A stretch of 64,000 nt of DNA from assembly GCA_964016885.1 (NCBI GenBank), contig OZ024740.1, forward strand, positions 176,824,001 through 176,888,000, read 5' to 3'. The notes under the pieces are model-generated. The model saw only the letters and a list, made by a program, of their open reading frames with translations, was not told the DNA's origin and did no database searches. Positions 50,905 through 60,773 of the stretch are shown one piece after another. This DNA comes from Eledone cirrhosa (taxonomy: Eukaryota). The stretch's first letter is position 1, and each line of letters begins with the position of its first letter. A program made the position numbers and the translations under genes.

Positions 50905-51201
50905 TAGTCTCTCTATTTTCTTTCTTAGATTCATGTTGTGTTGTGTTTGTTAGAATCTCAGATATTTCTTCTGACTATCTCCTCGACAATTTCTATATCC
51001 AGTACTGTATATTTTCCCTATGCTGGAACTGTGCTGACCTATGTTTTACAAAAGTACCTGACGTAGATGCTAATATATTCAATCGTTAATAATATAGTAT
51101 TTACATGGTTAATCAATTGCTTCTAAATTTATACAACTTTCACTAAATTGAAAGAAATATAAACGTTTTATAATGCAATATTTGTTAGGAAACCAACATT
51201 T

Positions 51202-51274
51202 GGTTCCGTGGTGTAGTGCCTATCACATCTGATAAACACGCAGATGATTGTGGGTGCGAAATTCTTAGGATTCA
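51202..51274 (+). pseudogene. tRNA-Val relic-2 paralog
   Basis: GGTTCCGTGGTGTAGTGCCTATCACATCTGATAAACACGCAGATGATTGTGGGTGCGAAATTC. Confidence 0.75.
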
Positions 51275-51599
51275 CTCTTAATATACAATCTTAATAAAAT
51301 ATAGTTTTATTTGCATCTTTAATATATTCTTTCAGTTGTTATCGAAAGTTGTTATTCAGTTGTTATTGAAGTTATCGAAATATACGTTATATAGTGTACA
51401 CATGATTACCTAAATTTATCCGAACTTGTAATGAAAAACTACATTCATAATCTGAGCTTTATAAACATATTGAGCTTTATAAACTGTTATACTAGCTCTT
51501 CAATGTCTAGAGTGGCCATATATATATGAGACAGGCATATAAATTTGTAAGCCACAAGATACGTATGAAAGAGAATTATTTGACGAAGTTACTGCATTA

Positions 51600-51670
51600 A
51601 GTTCCATGGTGTAGTGGTTATCTCGTCTGCTTCATATACAGAGGGTGACAAGTTTGACTCGGTGGAACCC
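51600..51670 (+). pseudogene. tRNA-Val-derived pseudogene (anticodon drifted to CAT)
   Basis: GTTCCATGGTGTAGTGGTTATCTCGTCTGCTTCATATACAGAGGG...GGTGGAACC; T-arm damaged. Confidence 0.72.
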
Positions 51671-51943
51671 GTGTTTAATTTTTTGTTTTTAAATTCGTGT
51701 TGTTTCGTGTTTGTTAGAGACTCAGATATATCGTCGATAATTCAATATCCAGTGGTGTATATTTTACGAATCCTAGAATTGGGCCGACCAGCGTCATACA
51801 ATAGTACTAAATACTAAATATAAGTAACTACTCATTATATTTAGATGGTTACTAAACTGCTTCTAAATTTTCAAATCTTTCGTTTAATTGAAACAAATGT
51901 ATATGTGTGTGATAAGGCATTATTTCTTTTGAAGCACTTGACT

Positions 51944-52016
51944 GGTTCCATGATGTAGTGGTTATCACATCTGCTTAATACGCAGGAAGTCGTGAGTTAG
52001 AAACTCGCTGGAACCT
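51944..52016 (+). pseudogene. tRNA-Val-derived pseudogene (anticodon drifted to AAT)
   Basis: GGTTCCATGATGTAGTGGTTATCACATCTGCTTAATACGCAGGAAGTCGTGAGTTAGAAACTCGCTGGAACCT. Confidence 0.78.
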
Positions 52017-52316
52017 TAGGCAAACTTATTTTGCCCTTAGATTCATGTTGTGTAATGTTTGTTAGTATCTCAGGTATTTCTTCTGACTAGCTACTCGACA
52101 ATTTCTATATCCAGTACTGTATATTTTAGTAATGCTGGAACTGGGCTGACTTGGGTTTTACAAAAATACTTGATGTAGATGCGAAATATATTTAACCATT
52201 CATAATATAGCATTTACATGGTTAATCTACTGCTTCTAAATTTACACAACTTTCACCAAACTGAAAGAAATGTAAACGTGTTTACTAAAGCAATATTTGT
52301 TAAGAAGCCATCGTTT

Positions 52317-52388
52317 GGTTTCATGGTGTAGTGGTTATTACGTCTTGTAAACGCGAAATGATTGTGAGTTCGAAATTTGCAGTAACTA
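52317..52388 (+). pseudogene. tRNA-Val relic-2 paralog
   Basis: GGTTTCATGGTGTAGTGGTTATTACGTC...GATTGTGAGTTCGAAATTTGC. Confidence 0.72.
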
Positions 52389-52741
52389 ATCTTAGTATAC
52401 AATTTTATTTAAAACTCTTTTTATTTACATCGAAACATGGTTACTGAAGTTTTAAAAATTTTTGAAATTATTGAAATATAATTTACACATAGTAGAATTG
52501 AACATTAAATATATTTGGTCCTATGTTCCAAAATAGAGCACATTTATAGACAGGGTTGCCTTAATATGTCCGACCTCTTGCTGTACATCTACATTCATCA
52601 TTTAGAACAAAACTGATGTTTATTAACTGTCACACTAGCTTTTCTAATTCTAGCTTGTCCATATAAATATGAGTGAAGAATAAAAATTTCGATGTCACAA
52701 GATACGTATAATAGAAAATTATTTGATGGAACACCTGTCTT

Positions 52742-52814
52742 TTTTCCATAGTGTAGTGGTTATCACGTCTGCTTCACATGCAGAAGGTTGCGAGTTTGAA
52801 ACACGCTAGGACCT
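52742..52814 (+). pseudogene. tRNA-Val(CAC) pseudogene
   Basis: TTCCATAGTGTAGTGGTTATCACGTCTGCTTCACATGCAGAAGGTTGCGAGTTTGAAACACGC. Confidence 0.78.
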
Positions 52815-53088
52815 TCCTTTTATGTAATTTTTTTAATTCGTATTGTGTCGTGTTCTGCGATGCTCAGATATTATTTCTGTCTATCTCAATATTTTCAATA
52901 TCCATAATATGCTATAATTCGGTAGACTTACGTCACACAACAGTACTATCATTAGATACTAAATATAAGTAACCGATCATTATAATTCGATGGTTAATGA
53001 ACAGCTTCTCAATTTCCACACCCTTCGCTAAATTGAAACAAATGTAAATGTGTTTGATAAGGCAATATTTGGTACGAAGCGGTCATGC

Positions 53089-53161
53089 GGTTCCATGGTG
53101 TAGTGGTTATCACGACTGCTTAACACGCAGAAGGTCGTGAGTTCGAAATTCGCTGGAACGT
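53089..53161 (+). tRNA. trnV: tRNA-Val(AAC), near-intact copy in the old layer (probable pseudogene)
   Basis: GGTTCCATGGTGTAGTGGTTATCACGACTGCTTAACACGCAGAAGGTCGTGAGTTCGAAATTCGCTGGAACGT followed by a T-run. Confidence 0.68.
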
Positions 53162-53288
53162 TTATCACTCTTTTTTTTCCTCAATGATTATTATTGTGTC
53201 GTGGTTATTGTATATGCTAAGCATGTAAATGGTCGTTAGGTGGAAATTCGCAGGAACTACTGCTATCATACAATTTTATTAAAAATAG

Positions 53289-53375
53289 TTTTCTTTAATA
53301 TCAATTTTATTAATATATTTTTCTTTAATATCAATTTTATTAATATATTTTTCTTTAATATCAATTTCATTAAAA
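53289..53375 (+). repeat. 30-bp tandem repeat, about 3 copies
   Basis: TTCTTTAATATCAATTTTATTAATATATTT repeated. Confidence 0.85.
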
Positions 53376-53718
53376 TTATTTTTCTTCTCTATTTTAGCTG
53401 TTACTGCTCTTAAAAATGTCGAAACTATTAAAATGTATGTTATATACAGTAGGTTTGAAAATAAAATAAATTCGATCATATGTTCCAGAATAGAACATAT
53501 TTGTAGACATGCTTGCCTAAATATGTCCGACCTTGTGCTAAACAATGACAATCATAATTTAGAAAGAAATTGATCTTTATAAACATATTTAGTTTGATAA
53601 TCTGCCACACTAGCTTTTCTAAGTGTAGATTGTACATATAAATATTAGTGAAGATAAAACATTTAAAAATCAAAAGATACGTATAAAGGAAAATTATTCG
53701 AGGGAATGGACGGCAATT

Positions 53719-53783
53719 GGTTCCATGGTGTAGTGTTCCAGGTGTTATCACATCTGCTTCACACGCAGAAGGTTGCTGGAACC
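53719..53783 (+). pseudogene. tRNA-Val(CAC) pseudogene with 5' micro-duplication and T-arm deletion
   Basis: GGTTCCATGGTGTAGTGTTCCAGGTGTTATCACATCTGCTTCACACGCAGAAGGTTGCTGGAACC. Confidence 0.75.
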
Positions 53784-54083
53784 TTTGTTCATTAAAAAAA
53801 AAAATTATTTTAATTTCTGTTGTATCGTGATTCTGAGTTGCCCAGATGTTTATGCCGTCTACCCAATCAATAATTTCAATATCCATTGGTGTGTATTTTA
53901 GCCATGCTATAATAGGGTCTACGTACGTCACACAGCAGTAATATCATTAGATACAAAATATAAGCAACTGCGTATTATATTTAGATGTTAATCAGCTGCT
54001 TCTAATTTTCTTACATCTTTCACTAAATTGAAACCAATGCAAATGTGTTTGATAAGGCAACATTTGTTTTGAGGCATTCATCT

Positions 54084-54145
54084 CATTCCATGGTTTAGTG
54101 GTTATCACATCAGCAGAAGGTCGTGAGTTCGAAACTGCCTGGCAC
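54084..54145 (+). pseudogene. Terminal tRNA-Val relic lacking the anticodon loop
   Basis: TTCCATGGTTTAGTGGTTATCACATCAGCAGAAGGTCGTGAGTTCGAAACT. Confidence 0.72.
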
Positions 54146-55890
54146 TTTTCTCTCTTCTCCCCTTTAGATTCATGTTGTTCCGTTTTTTTTGGACTCTCAG
54201 ATATATTCTCTGACTATCTACTAGACAATTTCTATATCTAGTGCTGCATATTTTACCCATGCTGGAACTGAGCTGTCCTACATTATATAAAGTACTTGAT
54301 GTAGATGCTAATTCTGGATGGAATGATTTCTTTATTAGACAAAATATGTGAAGAATCTGGTGACACTACTGTCAGTAATGCGTGGTTTCATTGGTCTAAA
54401 TATTCATCATTCTAAAATTCATAATTGAAAAATGTTTTTGTGGGCTGGTAGTGCTGACATCGCAGAGGCTGAACAGTATCCTTCTTAACATAAACGCTTA
54501 TTAAACAAAATAATATAACAAAAGGAACGACAGCATAAAAAACAAACAAAGATTACCAGGTAACTAAATTTTTCGTTACCTTCATCTCATCACCCATTTT
54601 GCATTGTTTAGCCTTATATCACTTTCCTCATTATATAATATAATTATATACAATGCTTCAAGCAATCTACAACATGTTATTAACTTAGTTATATGGAAGT
54701 CACGGAGCATTATTGGAAATAATTACAGAGTAGTACGTTAATCACCTATGGGAATAGGTCTGCTCCTTGTTTTATGATTTTAAAACATTGGTTGCTATTG
54801 TCTCTCAGTGGCAATGCATTTAAACTTAGAGATTGTGTAATGAAAGACACGAGGAAGAAACGACAGCCTGTACCTTTGTTACACTAACAAAAAAATCTCA
54901 GTCATTTAAATAATTTTAACAAATTGTACACCTTAAATTTCTGTCTAGTATTTGGTTCGTTAAGAGCAGTGGATAGCTTGCATTACAAAATCATGTTGAT
55001 GCTGGTCAATGCTAAAAAACACCAGAAAATCCGAGAAATCCACAATAACTCTTATACAGTTGGGGTTGTGTATTGGCCTTTCAATACAAATTAAGCATTA
55101 CAGACTGTGGATCAGTGGTAGTTCTAGTAGACTAGGTAAATACAGTGATGCTTCCTAATTTACTCCTACAAATAATTTTTTTTTTTAATCATATAAAAAT
55201 GGATCAGAGAATATTTGTGTATCACAGGCAGTTGCTTCAGTGGGATGAATCAAATTTCATACATGGAGGCGTATAAAAGCATGTTGCTGTGAGGCTAGAG
55301 GAACCAGACCAGATGACCAGTTTACAAGCGCACACAGTATACAGGGACATTTTCAAGTATAAAAAAGAACAGAACAAACGGAAAATACATGAATGTACTG
55401 TGTCACTCCTTGATAATTATTCCTATCAAGATTAATAGCTTGGAGATAATCATCAGCAAAACAATTTATTTCTATACTTTAGCAGCAAATTATTTATATA
55501 TTTAATTATTTATGCTTTCGTTTATATTTATCTTGGAATTACACGTCTTGTCTTAGTAGTGTAGGCTGGAATGACATCTGTAAAGCCTACCAGCATGGCA
55601 GCAAAATGAAGAGCTTATGATTTTTTCTTTCTTTTTTTTCTGATGGGCGGGGTGGTGGTGGTGGGGCAGGGGGAGATATAATCCATGACCTAGTTTAATA
55701 GCAGCACCAATTGAGAAGTACACTAACGTACCGAATAGATCTTGGAAAGCAAGTATAAATAAAGTTACGTGTCGTATAGTTAACATTGAAAATTACTGAA
55801 TGTTATTGAAGAACAGCTCTCTCTCAGCAAACAAATATACACACACAAGCACACACATCAACACGTTCCCCCACCACAATATTTATTTAT

Positions 55891-55896
<6 letters not shown>

Positions 55897-55958
<62 letters not shown>

Positions 55959-55960
55959 AT

Positions 55961-56054
<94 letters not shown>
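55897..56054. repeat. Compound (TA)n/(TG)n microsatellite
   Basis: Direct reading. Confidence 0.97.
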
Positions 56055-56055
<1 letters not shown>

Positions 56056-57327
56056 TAGCAGCAGGACCCGGCGTTGCACGGGGTAGGAAACGTGAAATAT
56101 CAACATGCATATGCAAAAGTTGAGGAATGTAGCTAAGTACATTTTGAATTCCCTTATTCTCAGGAAATGATTGTTCATCTACTGGAAACCTAGAACACCG
56201 GCAGGCCCGAATCGTGAAACATCTGCATACATGTGCAAAATCTGAAGAAAATCAACTGGATACGCTTTAGGGGTACTAAATCTTAGAGTATGATTTTTCT
56301 TCCATTTGGAGAATATCAGTTAGGTACTTTTCGAGTTTTATAGATTCGCACCCACTGATCCGGACAGACATCATCTGAAGGAACGGCGTAGCCAATTGTG
56401 TGAAAACCTAGTAGGAATTTACGTTTAAGTAGGGATATTGAGATGACGAAATCAGCGTGGGAACGCAGCTGCAGCAGAAGAGAGTCATAGTGCAATTAGC
56501 ACAAATGCTGGGCGGCACTGGTTGCAGTGCGTTTACACAGCAACAAAGGTGCGACAAAAGGGGTCACCGCGGAATTAGCACAACCGCTGTTCTGCGTAAT
56601 TGCGCAGGGCGTTCATACTGCGGTGTAGGTGCAACAAAAGGGGTCTTAGTAGAAGTAGCACAGACGTGAGTTTTACGGTGTCAATAACACGTCAACGTAC
56701 ATAGGGCCCGGATTTGCGCGTGATGAAAGCACGAAGCGTCAACAGGGCGTCGACAAAAATTTTAAGGTTCTACTCATTTCCTCAATCCCCCGAAAATGCT
56801 CCTGCTTAAACGTAAGTAAGTGTTGTGTCCTCTGTTAAATAAACCAAATTTTTAACGAAATATTATACGCTACTTACGATGTTTAACTAGCGTTTATATT
56901 GAAAATGAAAATGTCATGTAATGCCCAATACTAATTCGTAAATTTCCTAGAAACCATTAATGGATTCGGAATTTTTTGTCCACAGCTTTGCGAGGGGACT
57001 AACTAATGTGTGCTGCAAATTTCGAGGAAATCAGCTGGATTATCTTTTAGTTACACCTCAAAAACGCCTAAAAATCTCTAAATAATGCGATTTTTCACCT
57101 AGTGCGGACCCTAGGGGTGAAAAAGTTAATATGTTTTTAGCCCATATGTTTTTGCATATCAAGAAATATATGTAATACATATGTAAATTTTGAAAAAATC
57201 GGTCGGGTACCTCTCGAGTTTTAGGAATTTACACAGACAGACACACACACACACAGAGACAGACAGACAGACGCACACACACACACACACACAGACAGAC
57301 AAACAAAACAGACAGACAAACATCCTC

Positions 57328-57340
<13 letters not shown>
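56055..57340 (-). mobile_element. Non-autonomous Helitron-like element (~1.3 kb) with internal (CAGA)/(CA) microsatellite
   Basis: On the minus strand, 3' end CTAG (56055-56058) followed by T, with GC hairpin CCCGGCGTTGCACGGG (56067-56082) 8 nt upstream; 5' end TATATAAAACAGAGGATGTTTGTCTGTCTG merges with (TA)n; repeated GCAAA(T)TT..GA.AATC motifs inside. Confidence 0.7.
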
Positions 57341-57423
<83 letters not shown>

Positions 57424-57482
57424 GTATATATTGAGAGAGAGCGAGAGAGAGAGAGAGAGAGTGAGAGAGAGAGAGAGAGAGA
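57333..57482. repeat. (TA)n followed by (GA)n microsatellite
   Basis: Direct reading. Confidence 0.97.
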
Positions 57483-57604
57483 TACTCCGAATCTCCCCAT
57501 GTATTGATCACTCCCATGATTAGTGGTCTCCCCGGTCTCAACACCCATACTCTCTTTATCTCTCCCCCTTCTTTCTATATATATGCAGAGTACATGTCTC
57601 ACTT

Positions 57605-57634
<30 letters not shown>

Positions 57635-57636
<2 letters not shown>

Positions 57637-58264
57637 GAATATATGTATAGTATATTTGGCAATATATCGTATGTTTAATTAAAAACATTTTGAAGACCAT
57701 ACGCTATCGGTTTTAAAGTAGTGACTATGTCACTTACTTCTTTTCGGCGAAAGAAGGGAGAGAAGCTAACAGTCTGGGTTCTTATAGAATTCCAGTAATA
57801 ATCAAGAGCTGATTATACAGAGCGATTGCCGGTCCAGCAAAAATTAGGTATTAGGATTGGTGCTCTGAAATCGCGATGTATACATGAATGTATGTATAGT
57901 ATATTTGGCAATATACCGTATGTTTAATTAAAAACATTTTGAAGACCATACGCTATCGTTGCTGGACCGGCAATCGCTCTGTATAATCAGCTCCTGATTA
58001 TTACTGGAATTCTATAAAAATCCATATTCTATGATTTTCCGTGAAAGCAGAGAGTGCGTGGCTCTGATGATCGCCAACAGCGTGAAACAGACTGTTAGCT
58101 TCTCTGCCTTCTTTCGCCGAAAAGAAGTAAGAAACAAGGTCACTACTTTAAAACCGATAGCGTATGGTCTTCAAAATGTTTTTAATTAAACATACGATAT
58201 ATTACCAAATATACTATACATACATTCATGTGTACATCGCTATTTCAGAGCACCAATCGTAATA
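57635..58264. mobile_element. Penelope-like terminal-repeat cluster: one + strand copy (57959-58264) preceded by two inverted partial copies
   Basis: 57635-57776 is the reverse complement of 58088-58230; 57777-57840 of 57959-58022; 57849-57958 of 58155-58264; the + copy carries a hammerhead ribozyme. Confidence 0.65.
58047..58107 (+). ncRNA. Type I hammerhead ribozyme
   Basis: GCAGAGA-gtgcgt-GGCT CTGATGA tCGC-caaca-GCGt GAAA CAG-a-CTG TT AGCT-TCTCTGC: both core boxes, stems I-III, GUU cleavage triplet. Confidence 0.8.
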
Positions 58265-58295
58265 TATATATATATGTGTGTGTATACATAAATAT

Positions 58296-58382
<87 letters not shown>

Positions 58383-58412
58383 CCTAATATATATATATAT
58401 ATATATATAATC

Positions 58413-58469
<57 letters not shown>

Positions 58470-58480
58470 TTATTTATATA
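58262..58480. repeat. (TA)n microsatellite interrupted by two AATCCTAATA motifs
   Basis: Direct reading. Confidence 0.95.
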
Positions 58481-58519
58481 AATTACACAATTATCAAAGT
58501 TATGTTCAAATCATTTAAT

Positions 58520-58566
58520 TGCTGACAATCGTTTCTTCCAAACTTTCGTTTGGAATCATCGGAGCA
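58520..58566 (-). ncRNA. Minimal type I hammerhead ribozyme (core variant CCGAUGA)
   Basis: Revcomp TGCT CCGATGA TTCCAAAC-GAAA-GTTTGGAA GAAA C-GATT-G TC AGCA. Confidence 0.65.
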
Positions 58567-59211
58567 TGTTTGTACATATAATTAACCTCCTATTCAACTG
58601 AACAATCGTATAGATACATATATATTGATGTTGTGAGCAACAGTTTCGTATTTACAGGTTGTAATGGATGTGACATATATTATACGAGAATTGTACAAAT
58701 ATTAAAATTAAAATTAAAAGCACAGAGTGGAATACATGTGACAGATAATACAAGAGTCTAATAATTAAATAGGCATTGAGAAAGAAGCATTGAGAAAGAA
58801 TGAGTACATTAGCAGTACATATGCAAGCGTGTAGAAAGTGCACATGCATTAGTCATATAGATGAGAAGGAAATAAGCAAAGGTATTATGCATATATAGAT
58901 AAATAAATAAATATTGTATGGCAAGCAAATGTGTTAATGTATTAAAATTTATGGCGGATGTAATATGATGATAGTGTTGAGAAAATCAAAGTTATTGTAG
59001 TCTTTTCCATTACATATGTTAAATTATATTTCAGTGAATGTATATATTGAATGTTTTAAGTTAGTTACAGCAATGGATTGTAAATTGGTCTTATTGTATT
59101 CTTATTCATGTATTAGAGTTGTTCAACAGGTAGTTTTCCCAACAGTTTAATTTCCGGAAGTTGTTTACAGTATATACATAACTATAAATAGTATCATTAT
59201 TATTATTATAT

Positions 59212-59394
59212 GTGGTGGATTGGCAGTATCGGTAGAGGGTTGGACGCCATGCTTTCCAGCATAGTTACGTCCCTTTACGATCTGAGTTCAAATCCCGCTG
59301 AGGTTGACTTTGCCTTTCATCCTTACGGGGTCGATAAAATAAAGTACCAGTAATGCACTGGATAATTGCTGGCCTTGTGCCTAAAGTAGAAACA
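59212..59394 (+). mobile_element. tRNA-derived SINE
   Basis: A-box TGGCAGTATCGG (59221), B-box GAGTTCAAATCC (59284), central GTTGACTTTGCCTTTCATCCTTACGGGGTCGATAAAATAAAGTACCAG, flanked by ATTATTATTATTATAT at 59196-59211 and 59395-59410. Confidence 0.82.
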
Positions 59395-59572
59395 ATTATT
59401 ATTATTATATTTATTTATATATATACTGTATGTTGCGTAAATTTAAGTTTTTGCGTACTTTTGTTGAGTTTGTGTACTTGGCTTTGTAGTTACTTAAAAT
59501 GTGGAAGATGATATTCAAATACTTATGTATCTGCTTGTGAGCAGTATGTGAAAATATATTGATAGTGTATTT

Positions 59573-59574
<2 letters not shown>

Positions 59575-59622
<48 letters not shown>

Positions 59623-59623
59623 T
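59575..59623. repeat. (TG)n microsatellite
   Basis: Direct reading. Confidence 0.95.
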
Positions 59624-59871
59624 CTGGATGCCTTAGTGTAAGTAAACGTATGCAGGTGTGCATAGTAACTTGATATCAGCATGATACAATAAACGCATCC
59701 GTCATATTGTTAGTTGTAGGTATAATATACATCAGATAAATGATATAAAGATATGTTTGATTTGTGCGTGCGTGCGTGTATGTTTGTGTGTGCATGGGTG
59801 TGCGTGTGTGTATGTATATATATATATATATATGATATTCTTACGTTTCATCAGTTAGCCATGTTAAGGAA

Positions 59872-59899
59872 TCTCTCTCACTCTCTCTCTATCTCTCTA

Positions 59900-59942
<43 letters not shown>

Positions 59943-59956
59943 CTATCTATCTATCT
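59872..59956. repeat. Compound (TC)n/(TA)n/(TCTA)n microsatellite at the LINE 5' junction
   Basis: Direct reading. Confidence 0.93.
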
Positions 59957-60317
59957 GTGTACAACAACAATCTAATAAAAACACAAGGGCCTAACTTCAC
60001 CCAGGCAGGGGATTTCCCCCACCTCAAAATGATTAAGGCCCCACAGGACACCTATAAAACTTAAAAAAAACAATTTTAAAGAGGACGTGGGTCCCCCCTG
60101 CGTCGGGCCCATTAACCGCGTCCTCCTAAAAAACTATCCCACCCCCTCCCCAAACACCCACACAACTCCAAGCTCCCCAACCACACAACACACTGATGCC
60201 CCCACACTTCCACAAACCACCACCCCATCCAACAACCCATCCCCCACCCTAATGGAAATTGTGCAGCCCGATACCCGGGACGCAGAGAGGTAAGTGCCTT
60301 TTCTCTTCACCACCAAC

Positions 60318-60773
60318 ATGGCTATGCTAAGAGTAGGCTGTTTAAATGCGCGTGGCCTGTGCTCAACTTGGAAGCAAGCAATGCTTCTAAATGACCTCAG
60401 GTCACAACGTATAGATGTGATGGTTATTTGCGAGGCCCGGATCAGCAACGTGCGACAGCTGGCCCCCACCTTTGATGACTTTGAGATGCACGCATCTCTC
60501 TGTCAGCCCGGAGGTGGAGGTGGAGTTGTCGTTCTGCTGCAAAAACATCTGGGTCTCGCAACACAGATGGTACATTTGGTCCCGGAGGGTCGACTAGTGG
60601 TTCTGGACCTTGGCAGTGGTAAAGGCGGAGCGTTTAGGTTGGTAGCCGCCTACGGCCCTTTCGGGTCAATGCGGCCGGACTTCTTCCATCGTCTGGAGAC
60701 TTTTCTAGGGACGTCCCGCTCCTTGCTATTAGTGGGGGACTGGAATGGACTACGTAGGGGCCTGCCCCGATAG
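60318..60773 (+). pseudogene. LINE ORF2 N-terminus: apurinic-like endonuclease domain (frameshifted)
   Basis: MAMLRVGCLNARGL...DVMVICEA...GGGVVVLL...EGRLVVLD...RLVAAYGP...LLLVGDWN, then frame lost. Confidence 0.88.

Larger units (their letters stand above)
44411..54312. repeat. Older degenerate tRNA-Val repeat layer with inversions (about 20 further tRNA-Val relics)
   Basis: Same spacer motifs (AACTGCTTCTAAATTT, CTAAATTGAAACAAATGTAAATG, CAATTTCTATATCCAGTACTG) recur; minus orientation at ~46550-47810 and ~48130-49330; homology stops at ~54312. Confidence 0.92.

Noticed and set aside
51600-52016. Apparent Met (CAT) and Ile (AAT) tRNAs
   Set aside because: Single C>T drift in decayed Val relics with broken B-boxes; not credible functional genes.
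19792-53931. Short ORFs overlapping tRNA genes and spacers (WFHGVVVI..., MFFNNIKS...)
   Set aside because: These are translations of tRNA or spacer DNA, opened sporadically by point changes.
54313-55890. Possible host exon or gene in the unique AT-rich segment
   Set aside because: No long ORF or recognisable domain; a small exon cannot be excluded without transcript data.
55800-60064. YI/CV/ER-repeat ORFs
   Set aside because: Translations of dinucleotide microsatellites.
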